A stretch of DNA of 64,000 bases from positions 1 through 64,000 of the IMG/VR virus record IMGVR_UViG_3300010944_000263; one strand, written 5' to 3'. Position 1 is the first letter of the stretch, and the number at the start of each line of letters is the position of its first letter. The translations under genes were made by a program, and so were the position numbers. The notes beneath the pieces are model-generated. The model was not told the DNA's origin, made no database searches, and saw only the letters and a program-made list of their open reading frames with translations. Source of the stretch: a virus (Duplodnaviria > Caudoviricetes). Positions 27,901 to 34,037 of this stretch are shown here, piece by piece.

Positions 27901-30900
27901 ACAGAAGATGGACTCTCTCCATCTTTTCGCTTACGAATGATAATCAAGTCCGCAACAACCTTCGTCTTGGCATATCGTTCAAACGCACCAGTTGGGAATC
28001 GGAACGCTGCAATCAAGTCGCCTCTATCAGACAACTGTTTTCGAAGCAGCTTAGCCTCGTCCTTGCCGTCCATCGTCATATTCGAAGTCACGAACGCCAT
28101 GATCCCACCCGGCTTTGTCTGATCGATAGCCTTGCGGAAAAAGTAGTTGTGAATCGAGTACGGCATTCGATACATTCGATCGTGAATCTTGTAGTTACCG
28201 AACGGGACGTTAGTAGCCGTTACGTCATAGAAATCATTTGGCGTCCTGCTATCCTGATACCCCTTCTGTTGAACGTTGATTTGTGGATAGAGCATCTTTG
28301 CCATGCGAGCGGTAGCTTTATCCAACTCGATAGCAGTAAAGTTAGTTCGATCCATGATGTCGCGAGGCATCATGGCTGCGAAATTACCGATACCAAACGA
28401 TGGCTCAAGGAACCTACCACCCCTGAACCCCATCCTTCTAAGCATCTCCCACATGCCTACAACAACTTCTGGATCAGTATAGTGCGCGTTGGGAATCGAC
28501 TCCTGGGCTGATCGCCACTCTTCTTCACCTAAATGTTCTCGAAGCCATTCATTCTCGGACTCCCAATCCTTCTTCACCTTCGGATTGTTCCAGTTTCCTT
28601 GGAAGAGCTCTTGTCCAAATGCACCCCACCCAATGTATGAAGCAATCGTTTCCAATTCTTCCTGAGTAGGCGCACGTCCAGACTCTTCAAGTTCTTGCGA
28701 TAGCTCCAATGCACGAACGTTCCGAGCAAACTTGTCTTTGAGACCGCGACCAAGAATGATGTCAGGGTTAGTCAGATGAAAGTTTGGACGAGATGATTTT
28801 GGAGCTAGGTCTATTCCTGCTCCATCTCCTGGCTTGGTGAATCCATCTCCTCCGGTTTCTCCGGATCCAACATCAACACCTCCCGGCACATCAGTTCCGC
28901 TTCCGACATTGCCAACTTCTCTTCCGTCACCAGTCGCATCACGTCCTGATTGAACCGACTCCGCGTTACTATCGCGTAATCCTCCAGAATCCCTTGCTCC
29001 TCCAGCCTTTTCACCATTTGCGGGCTGTTCTCCCTCCAGTGTTCCAGAAGTTGCTGCACTTCCGGATTTTTCTCGGTCAGCGTTGCTTCTGCCAGTTCTT
29101 TCTTGATCTGGCTCACCCATCTCTGTTCTAGTACCATCTGCTTTCTCTCCTAAGTAATCAATCACGCTTATTGCAGGGTCAGAAACAATTTTCTGTCTTT
29201 CAAGAGCTCTCCATCCAGCTTCCATGTACGGCGCAAACTCTCTTGCGAAGTCGCTTCCAAAGTTTTCAACAATCGCATCTACATACGCACCAAACGTGTC
29301 TTTGCCTGCACGAACGTAAAGCAAGGAAACCTGAACAATCTTTTTAAGGCTATCCCTGTCTATCGTTTCAGCAGGAATGCTTTGAAGCAAAACATCAGGA
29401 TCCGGTTTTTGAGCCTTCAAAGAACGAATATCAGAAGCAAACTGCTTCATCGCATCGTTAGCCGCCTTCAACGCAGCAGCCTTTGCTGCCGCTTCAGTAT
29501 CGATCGGCTCTTTTTTAGGTCGTTTCTTCCCTGTCAGCTTCTCTCCTAATGGTTTCTTAGCTGCTGGAGCCTTGCCGTCCTTACGTCCAGTCCTTTTCTT
29601 TGGCTTCTCTTCCGCCAGTATCTCAGCAAGGACATCATCTGCCGCATCATCCAGCGTAAGTACCCTAGTCGACTGCGATACAGGGATATCATTTAGTGGA
29701 GGATCAATTACGCTCTTGATTGCTTCTGGCAATGACTCAAAAGTCTGATTCATGTCACTGAACAAAGACGCAGTCTTTTCACCGATTCCAAGAGCTCCAA
29801 TAAGATCCTTCATCGCGTTTCGGAACTTCGTTGGCGACATCTCGTATAGAGCATGAACCAACCCCGCAGCCGAGTAATTGCGATACCCAGGACCAGCGAT
29901 CAATTGTTGCTGGTCCATGAAATAGCTCTGAAGCGAACCGCCTGCTTTTCTATCTGCAACGTATCCGTCGTATGCTTGAACGGCTTCAAGCAAGTCACTA
30001 AGCAACTGCTTGCCATGCTTCTTGTCTGCCATGCCTTTCGCTAAAGGACCAATTGCAGACAGAACCTTTTGTTTCACTGACGGCGCAGCATCTCCTAAGA
30101 CAGTCGCATCTGGAATCGCCTTCGCTGTCAATAACTGTTCTATTGCTGACTTTCCATCTGAATTCAAATCGCTCGTAACTGGATCGACATAACGGTCGGT
30201 CTGCTTAGTGGTCCACGCACCATCCTTCACCAAAGCTCGAACAATGCGATCGGCGTGCTTTGGGTTAGCCATTGCGTCACGAAGACTCAACGTGTCATCA
30301 GACGCAAGAATGCCAGCAATCAAATCAACAGTACCTTCGCTAACTCGCTTAGCTTGCGACACAGCATCCGTCGCCTGTGACTTAGAAGCTGAAAGAGCCT
30401 CGTTGAGCAACGACGAAATGGTAGTCTTGTCAAACACCTCATCTAGCACTCGAACAATAACAGGCTCTTTTAGCTTCCCAATATCCTTTTGGTCGATACC
30501 AAACTTCTCTGCCTCGGATTGTATATGCGACTTGAGTCGTGCAGCTTGCTTTCCAGAGTATGCCAACTGCATTCCCATTGAACGTGCGTTACCACCAAGA
30601 ACGGCACCGAACTCATCTAAGATAGGTGGACCATCGATAGGAGACTGCGTATCAGACGTTAACAGACTTACCTTGTCCGGAAGAACTTTCGATATTTTCT
30701 CGACAGTCTCTCGAGAGTCCGCACCTTGCTTTGGATCGTGATATGGACGTTCGTTTTCTAAAGCCCCTTCGTTCCTGGCAAAGTTGCGACGCGCGTCATG
30801 AGACGGAATTAGCTTTTCGGCTTCGATTGCGTAGTATGTTGCTTTTCGAGTCTTTCCATCCGCTGTAATAACTGCCGTGGACTTTCCTTTGACACCAAAC

Positions 30901-33900
30901 TCCGATATCGGGACTCTATCTTGTCCCACTGTTCCTGCACTTGACTGCTTTGGTTCTTGTCTTGTTTCTGACTCATCGCCTACCTCTTTCTGCTTCGCCT
31001 TAGATTCTTCTTTTTCAGCGTCAGCAAGCAGTCTTGCCAACTCTTTTTCTCGGCTAATCAAACGATCATCAACAACTCGCCCTTGAGCTGCAATTTTCTG
31101 CCTAACAGAATCGAGCATCCCTCGAATTTTTGAAACAGACATTCCATCGTCGTTCTTTTTTGCTGGTGCGTCAGAGATTTTCTCTGCTGGTTTCACTAAT
31201 TCAGCAACGGCAAAATACTTTCCTGGATCTTGCATCGCCTCTTCGAACGTGACGTTCTCTTTCTTTCCAGCGCCGCCAGCCGCATTACGCAAGTAAAACG
31301 AAACGTTGTCTCTACCAAACTCTGCACCGAGAGCGCCAAGAGCAGCAGGATTCGTAAAGTGCCCAGAAACTTGACGAGGCTTGTATTGCTTCGACTTCTC
31401 GACGACCGAACGCAACAGGCTCCTGCCTGATCCCTTTTTGGCTCCCTTCTGCGCAGCAAACATGTCGATGTATATTTGCGACGTATCGCCATCGAAACGC
31501 AACGTCGCTTCAGCCTTACCTACTCCTGTGCTCTCAACCTTCAATCCATACGTGTCGCTGTCGTACTGAACCCAATCAGACTTGTTTTTGGCGACAGGCT
31601 CTACTTCTTGACCTCCGCGATCTGGAACTGAACTAGCAACAGGCTTTGCCTCTTTCTTGGGTTTCATCTTGACCATCTGGTCGGCAGTTTGCGTAACCAT
31701 TCGAGCTCCAATGACAAGCTCGTACGTTCCGTCTGAACGCTTTTTGGTGATTTTCGCCTTCTTCTCATCTGACCATGGAACGCCAACTTCTTCGCCAACT
31801 TCAAACGTAGCGTCTGGAGCTTGCAATGTGCTTTTAGGAACAGTGCGATACTTGGTGTCACCATCCAGGGAAACAACCACATTGTCGCCATCAAGGACCT
31901 TGAAGATTGAACCTACGCTGTCTTCTAACTTTTCTCCTGATGCTGTCGTTTGAGCGGGAACGAACACTCGTTCGTCTCGCTTCCATTGCTTCGCAGAAGC
32001 AGGAACGATTTCTGGCTTCTGTTCCGACGAGTACTTGCTCGCTAGCTTGTTCAAATTCTCAAGACCGACCTTCTTGTCCGTCTCGAAATCTCCGGTCATA
32101 CCTGCGCTGATTGACCGCAAGTCCTCAACTGATCGAACAACACCACGCTCTTGCCCCTTGAGAGCCAATTGCTCGAACAACGGAGGCTTAGCCATCTTCT
32201 TGAGGCTTCCGCTTTGCAGATCATTCCAAATCTTGTCGTACATTCCATCGACAACTCCAGCCCCAGCAGACTGCATCGATTTGGAAATCTCTTCGGAAGG
32301 CATAGCTTGAGACGCAGCAGGTGGAGTTGTACCACCTTGCTGCTCTGTTGCTTGCCTTGCTTTGAGGCGTGCCTTTACTTCTTCTTCGAACCGCAGCCTT
32401 TTCGCTTCATCGATTTGTCCATCGCCTTGCCCGACTTGGGTTTCGACTGGCTGCTCTTGCTGCCCTTGTGACTCGCTTTGTTGTCGTACGCCATTATCAA
32501 CTCCTTCAGTAGTGATGGGCTGTTGCCCAGGAATTGGCGGCACAGTACCGCCTTGTGTTGTCTGACCTGCAACCGCCGCTCGGCTTTGCTCCCAGGCTTG
32601 TACACGCTCAGCTTCTTCTGGCGCTCGCTTAAACAACGCACGGTCGCCAAGAACGATTTCAGCCCACTTGTGAGCACTTGGTCGAGTCTCGAGCGATGCA
32701 ATGCGAGACATCTGCTCTGGCGTCAACGGAGGCTGACCAGGAATCGCAGGAGGTTGCACCGGGGGAGCCGTGGGTGGTTGTGACGGAGCAGGAGGTTGTA
32801 TCGGCGTAGGAGGAGCCGCGGCAGGCATCGGAGGAGGAGATGGCTGAACGGGAGCAACGGGAGGCATTCGAGATGCTTCCTCGGGAGTTTTTGACAGCGT
32901 GTCAGCACTTTGTTCACTGGGAATTTGTTGGTTTCCAGTGAAATCACTATACGCCGATTGCGCAGCTTCGCCTGTCCCAAACAGACCGCCAACGACCGCT
33001 CCTTGGGCGCCAGCCTCAGCCCACTTCATAAAGTTCTCTTTGGTGAGAATCTTCGCTTTGGGATCGTTTATTCTCGCATTCACATCGCCAAGGAACTCTT
33101 GGAATCCTTCCTGAACTCCTTCTTCGCCGGCATTTCTCACCGCGTCCCACAAATAGCCAGCAGCCATTCGAGGACCAGACTTACGAGCCACTTCCGCAGC
33201 AGCCGTTTTGCCAATGAACATTCGCAAACCGGACGGAACAGCACCCAACGCAGCTTCGGAAACACCGGAAATCTGACCGAGCGCCAACGCACTCACTGGA
33301 TTGTCGATTCCCTTTTCCTTCTGTTCACCCCACATGCCACCGCCTTCATGCAGCGCCGTGGTTTGCGAGACAGCAACACCAGCACCAACCTTTTTAGCGA
33401 CAGTGTTCCTGACAGACTGCTCAGCCATTTGCTCAGCAGCTTCTTTCGCAATCCCTTTCTTGATGTACTGCTCAGCGACTTCACCGATGGCTTTTTTGAT
33501 AGCCGCCTTGCTGAACATACCAGCGATCGCACCAATTGGAGCCGTAACAACGTCTCCAGGATCCGGACCAGGAACCAGCATTGCACCCGCAGCAGCACCA
33601 GCAGCACCGCTGATTGCAGATTCAGCCAATGACGGAGCCGCAGCACCAAGAGCACCAGCAGCCCACTTGCCCATGTTGCCAGCGCTGCCAAATGCACCAG
33701 ATTTAGGGTCTGCAGAAAAAAACTTGTCCACCGTAGCAGGATTCTCAGACGCTTGACGCATCTCCTGCTCGTATTTCTTAAATCGATAACTAGCCTCTAC
33801 GGGATCTCCGATGGCAGACTGCCCAAGACCAATTGCGCCTTGCAAAGTCCCCTGCATCGAATCAATCCCTCGCGACAACCCTCGCATGAACTCATTGCGA

Positions 33901-34016
33901 CCCGAGGTATTATCTGCAGCCTTTGCCTTAGCCTCTCTTTCTCGCCTTGCCTTGGCAAGCATGACAGACAATTCGTAAGCATCAAGCTGTTCGGATTCGC
34001 TCTGACCATCTGCCAT
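18981..34016 (-). CDS. Giant (5011 aa) DarB-like polyvalent virion/ejection protein: GNAT-like, ddrB-ParB-like, N6-adenine MTase, SF2 helicase and HExxH metallopeptidase domains
   Basis: FLEPSFGIG (~28.4 kb) and TNVPFG (~28.2 kb); AHEVGTGKT (~26.35 kb), DEAH (~25.8 kb), TGTP, EQRNGRGFRQGN; FIHEIAH (~22.93 kb); LIPSHD (~30.8 kb). Confidence 0.9.
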   Translation of the reverse strand: MADGQSESEQLDAYELSVMLAKARREREAKAKAADNTSGRNEFMRGLSRGIDSMQGTLQGAIGLGQSAIGDPVEASYRFKKYEQEMRQASENPATVDKFFSADPKSGAFGSAGNMGKWAAGALGAAAPSLAESAISGAAGAAAGAMLVPGPDPGDVVTAPIGAIAGMFSKAAIKKAIGEVAEQYIKKGIAKEAAEQMAEQSVRNTVAKKVGAGVAVSQTTALHEGGGMWGEQKEKGIDNPVSALALGQISGVSEAALGAVPSGLRMFIGKTAAAEVARKSGPRMAAGYLWDAVRNAGEEGVQEGFQEFLGDVNARINDPKAKILTKENFMKWAEAGAQGAVVGGLFGTGEAAQSAYSDFTGNQQIPSEQSADTLSKTPEEASRMPPVAPVQPSPPPMPAAAPPTPIQPPAPSQPPTAPPVQPPAIPGQPPLTPEQMSRIASLETRPSAHKWAEIVLGDRALFKRAPEEAERVQAWEQSRAAVAGQTTQGGTVPPIPGQQPITTEGVDNGVRQQSESQGQQEQPVETQVGQGDGQIDEAKRLRFEEEVKARLKARQATEQQGGTTPPAASQAMPSEEISKSMQSAGAGVVDGMYDKIWNDLQSGSLKKMAKPPLFEQLALKGQERGVVRSVEDLRSISAGMTGDFETDKKVGLENLNKLASKYSSEQKPEIVPASAKQWKRDERVFVPAQTTASGEKLEDSVGSIFKVLDGDNVVVSLDGDTKYRTVPKSTLQAPDATFEVGEEVGVPWSDEKKAKITKKRSDGTYELVIGARMVTQTADQMVKMKPKKEAKPVASSVPDRGGQEVEPVAKNKSDWVQYDSDTYGLKVESTGVGKAEATLRFDGDTSQIYIDMFAAQKGAKKGSGRSLLRSVVEKSKQYKPRQVSGHFTNPAALGALGAEFGRDNVSFYLRNAAGGAGKKENVTFEEAMQDPGKYFAVAELVKPAEKISDAPAKKNDDGMSVSKIRGMLDSVRQKIAAQGRVVDDRLISREKELARLLADAEKEESKAKQKEVGDESETRQEPKQSSAGTVGQDRVPISEFGVKGKSTAVITADGKTRKATYYAIEAEKLIPSHDARRNFARNEGALENERPYHDPKQGADSRETVEKISKVLPDKVSLLTSDTQSPIDGPPILDEFGAVLGGNARSMGMQLAYSGKQAARLKSHIQSEAEKFGIDQKDIGKLKEPVIVRVLDEVFDKTTISSLLNEALSASKSQATDAVSQAKRVSEGTVDLIAGILASDDTLSLRDAMANPKHADRIVRALVKDGAWTTKQTDRYVDPVTSDLNSDGKSAIEQLLTAKAIPDATVLGDAAPSVKQKVLSAIGPLAKGMADKKHGKQLLSDLLEAVQAYDGYVADRKAGGSLQSYFMDQQQLIAGPGYRNYSAAGLVHALYEMSPTKFRNAMKDLIGALGIGEKTASLFSDMNQTFESLPEAIKSVIDPPLNDIPVSQSTRVLTLDDAADDVLAEILAEEKPKKRTGRKDGKAPAAKKPLGEKLTGKKRPKKEPIDTEAAAKAAALKAANDAMKQFASDIRSLKAQKPDPDVLLQSIPAETIDRDSLKKIVQVSLLYVRAGKDTFGAYVDAIVENFGSDFAREFAPYMEAGWRALERQKIVSDPAISVIDYLGEKADGTRTEMGEPDQERTGRSNADREKSGSAATSGTLEGEQPANGEKAGGARDSGGLRDSNAESVQSGRDATGDGREVGNVGSGTDVPGGVDVGSGETGGDGFTKPGDGAGIDLAPKSSRPNFHLTNPDIILGRGLKDKFARNVRALELSQELEESGRAPTQEELETIASYIGWGAFGQELFQGNWNNPKVKKDWESENEWLREHLGEEEWRSAQESIPNAHYTDPEVVVGMWEMLRRMGFRGGRFLEPSFGIGNFAAMMPRDIMDRTNFTAIELDKATARMAKMLYPQINVQQKGYQDSRTPNDFYDVTATNVPFGNYKIHDRMYRMPYSIHNYFFRKAIDQTKPGGIMAFVTSNMTMDGKDEAKLLRKQLSDRGDLIAAFRFPTGAFERYAKTKVVADLIIIRKRKDGESPSSVNQEWIDVIEMDTPSGQKVDVNNYWKLHPENVLGTINYGNGTTSGRPGMIVDKPSDLAERWQKAIESVPENILNTERTANEGRERANEKKLRQNTVIHQGDELYIAKGEQLMPLKEYVNWYRAGSKPETVKKIRDEMVSLLKVRDSLEQVLELQGRGEDAAEQRKQLNQFYDAFIGKYGPITESKAIGYLKASGDAIANAVASLEMKTANGEYEKRPVFTKTTVRQPPRVNEKLNPIDAFALARNNSVDIDWDAVAKSAQMPKADVIAVLEKEGLIYKTGEDLYDAADVFLSGNMARKIRQLEAAKNEGVNGLERSIEAAKSVMPEPLVYNQIQVSMGAPWIPAEDYTQFVADLLGEDPKNTRVLKAIRGWKVDFAGSVNNSPAVVTHGHMEVPFSKMVSAAMNNGRVSVFYKDAEGNNVKDEEATFEANAKIDELKDKFKDWIWQTPDRIARLSQAYNEDHRSVATPDWNKVKVPLLFEGLALQRGEDPFSLRKHQEAAVWRGIVSGKGLYAHEVGTGKTLTMAALAIESRRLRLANKPVLFAHNANSQAVYREAQEAYPGAKILYVDNLDSKNKGQAMASIATEDWDLIVIPHSLVDKLKMRPETLEKLLQEQMDQLEAAALEAFNEDDSPFKGSMPENLDNIDDDDLKKLKQRTAKELVKERLRLRERIREAQADSASESTIFIEDMGVDMLMVDEAHIFKKIPIATRQQVKGLNKQSSNIGNSLMLLSDYIRGTQNGRGVFLFTGTPVTNTLNEIYNMQRFIMPDEMQAVGVKDWDGWFNTFATAETSDELSVGGTYEEFVRLTSFVNLPELRASIGQYMDTVFGSDMPEFVPRPTKDGRIEEGEPVVGRPYKEVHNETLQMMPIQKLMSENLKERYRTLKQATGKAKFELLRTREYMPLVLNSEGVKLALDPRLMDGVDASLVDPRDPRLKINKMLVNAMDYYYSHPKATQMIFMEMGHKDSAKRVVGRDNDGKPITENVKIFNLGKEIKRRLMEEGVPESEIALFSNMNKEQRAEAARAMNRGEIRFAIGGTETLGTGVNAQENLVAMHHLDAPWMPGALEQRNGRGFRQGNRWNTVHEHRYLTEGPQDGRRWQVLLTKDRFINRFMHHKGDERIIDMSDVDMDEEGEGDFEATFSAAVGDPRIQQRFRLEREIVKLKEAKDRHYRTIQDSLWEAHKQKTGDIPRLTREIDDLSAIQKAYQDSRPQKSESGKSVEPTMVLSDLIKVADKNISGAEAITDALEMIVERYGRTQSTEDRVKASDKRKVAEYRGVSIFISGGQLHAEKMLLEINPSFASMDGVLRNVGKRIDARKAEKAKKESFVKSADESAKLPFVRQQQLDAKVAKLKALVAELESNPEGSSFWFRNIAPIGTSIFVKKRKRPAVPQAMADMQAELYRERVTGEESSDGAKFELEEHAVSGYRSDTHVLYEDGVDTVAVRADKVLDEQGEPIFKNLEELRSFHKNPDLGNKLSDLPADLAQMESGDVDSTIEKQAIDIAMAAMDANINSFDKLVAYSVKSLGERRTREIGPYLRLVAQIAGFAGVRSTSDVLGTPGVTREQVFSMARAAFPSSSLSDEQINAALDIMERVGLSFDKVGFAPFGSPVPKKLEEMALQGGGDYIKGWTSFISATRAIIGATDKADVSTFIHEIAHPLRRFLLNRRVPQSERAGITDSEIIALEKEIGVENGVWKVENEEKFAKMWEQYWFEGIDPPSSGLKGLFQKIARWMQGVYRNIQQITGGPLPSEVRALFDKLVQRSGDIESADSLSKNDDFVTSIKNEVVNELRFRRGVPGLVDVASETQEEWLEAAETMLRNDPMLGDRLVKEINQKARNLSNIEVAVMQLHYRQVTNQLIKASDRLIKAKDNGDSLASAQALTDTDIIQNALAEIEEAAKAAGREWGRAGVARQIELAKDFSSVALIRKARVANAGNALNEEQLAKIRELAARVAELEGDLAKANQEKLDLERQRNVDAQIEDSKKKGGRIPEAIRKKAVDKLTSFKNKFASVFALSSADDTGSLYATEDEMMASEAKSVVQAYVDLGVFSLGEFLANIRKDLGAELPVSVRAAFATAWKELSENGDIPVPAMDKGDTRGLSRLAKQIERSLVEAGITERDDVLQGVWESLQEIDPEISKRETMDALSGYGQYSPPSDNEYDKIIADINAQLLQLSKLQDMEAGIAPAKTGFGRQEPSNELRDLIREVNQEKRNGKYRVTDENTQLKTAIGAAKTALRNRIYDLDRAVNVTKQPIAGSQKRDLAGKDTELDNLRKKRNELMADYKAMFPKPEATMDQRIAATNRVLDRVIADLEKQLRTGEFNAKKQAQPISTPELDAKRARIEALRAQRDSLVGVRKRTPEQIEKAYKANLLKQIADYKERIAKSEFDPKPRKEVRILSQEELDLKRELADVKDQFYRMASDYRLANMSPRERAWDYIKETAHLSRALMTSIDASAVFRQGGTVAFGHPMMAKAVAKDMYRAMLSKSSEFKTAEEIRKDDLYQFAITAGLQITEEEGKITKQEEAYMGRWARDGIGAQGTWLNDKSKIALWPVAASARGYMTFLNGIRFQLFKHLIANLGRGGQVTADEAKVIAMYINAATGRSDLGPMMRWAEQMNMVFFAPRFVASRFQYLGLPLWLLGSRKVSGRVKKAIALEYARHAAGVMSFLGLTVALGRLLGGDDEEEKPTVSLDLRSSDLLKLKFGETRIDPMSGLSQVIVLASRIATGKRVRDDGTVVSLRGEDEQYASSGVPGVVGNFLRSKLAPIPGAVFDIAAEENVVGQTMTPYSSIVNLFFPLSIREIRETAESRGIPQGALITLLSLHGMGASTYGPESKYRTATPEKRKELFEKDLKRMKFDSPDPQYKEYLTREQLTQISRRREEKQQSLVYAASTVPNRKAAKSVESFNQSVSEQKAAIESLKRSGITLTEARRLLIKHWESTYGSAKEMRGGVPVYKAALSDRLQQLRKVFSR
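22581..22593. repeat. Core palindrome TGACA-GGC-TGTCA inside the giant gene
   Basis: Identical 13-bp core to the copies at ~14.19, 38.38 and 47.06 kb. Confidence 0.7.
28811..29137 (-). CDS. Overprinted 108-aa helical protein (+1 frame) inside the giant gene
   Basis: TTAGGAGAGAAAGCAG-ATG strong SD; folded-looking sequence lying over a low-complexity linker of the host frame. Confidence 0.65.
   Translation of the reverse strand: MVLEQRWVSQIKKELAEATLTEKNPEVQQLLEHWRENSPQMVKRLEEQGILEDYAIVTRSRFNQDVMRLVTEEKLAMSEAELMCREVLMLDPEKPEEMDSPSQEMEQE
30809..30976 (-). CDS. Possible overprinted 55-aa ORF (+1 frame)
   Basis: GAGGTAGGCG-ATG; MSQKQDKNQSSQVQEQWDKIESRYRSL... Confidence 0.3.
   Translation of the reverse strand: MSQKQDKNQSSQVQEQWDKIESRYRSLVSKESPRQLLQRMERLEKQHTTQSKPKS
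32375..32494 (-). CDS. Overprinted 39-aa basic peptide (+1 frame)
   Basis: GAAGGAGTTGATA-ATG; MAYDNKASHKGSKSSQSKPKSGKAMDKSMKRKGCGSKKK. Confidence 0.5.
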   Translation of the reverse strand: MAYDNKASHKGSKSSQSKPKSGKAMDKSMKRKGCGSKKK

Positions 34017-34037
34017 TATCTATGTTTCCTTGCGAGT

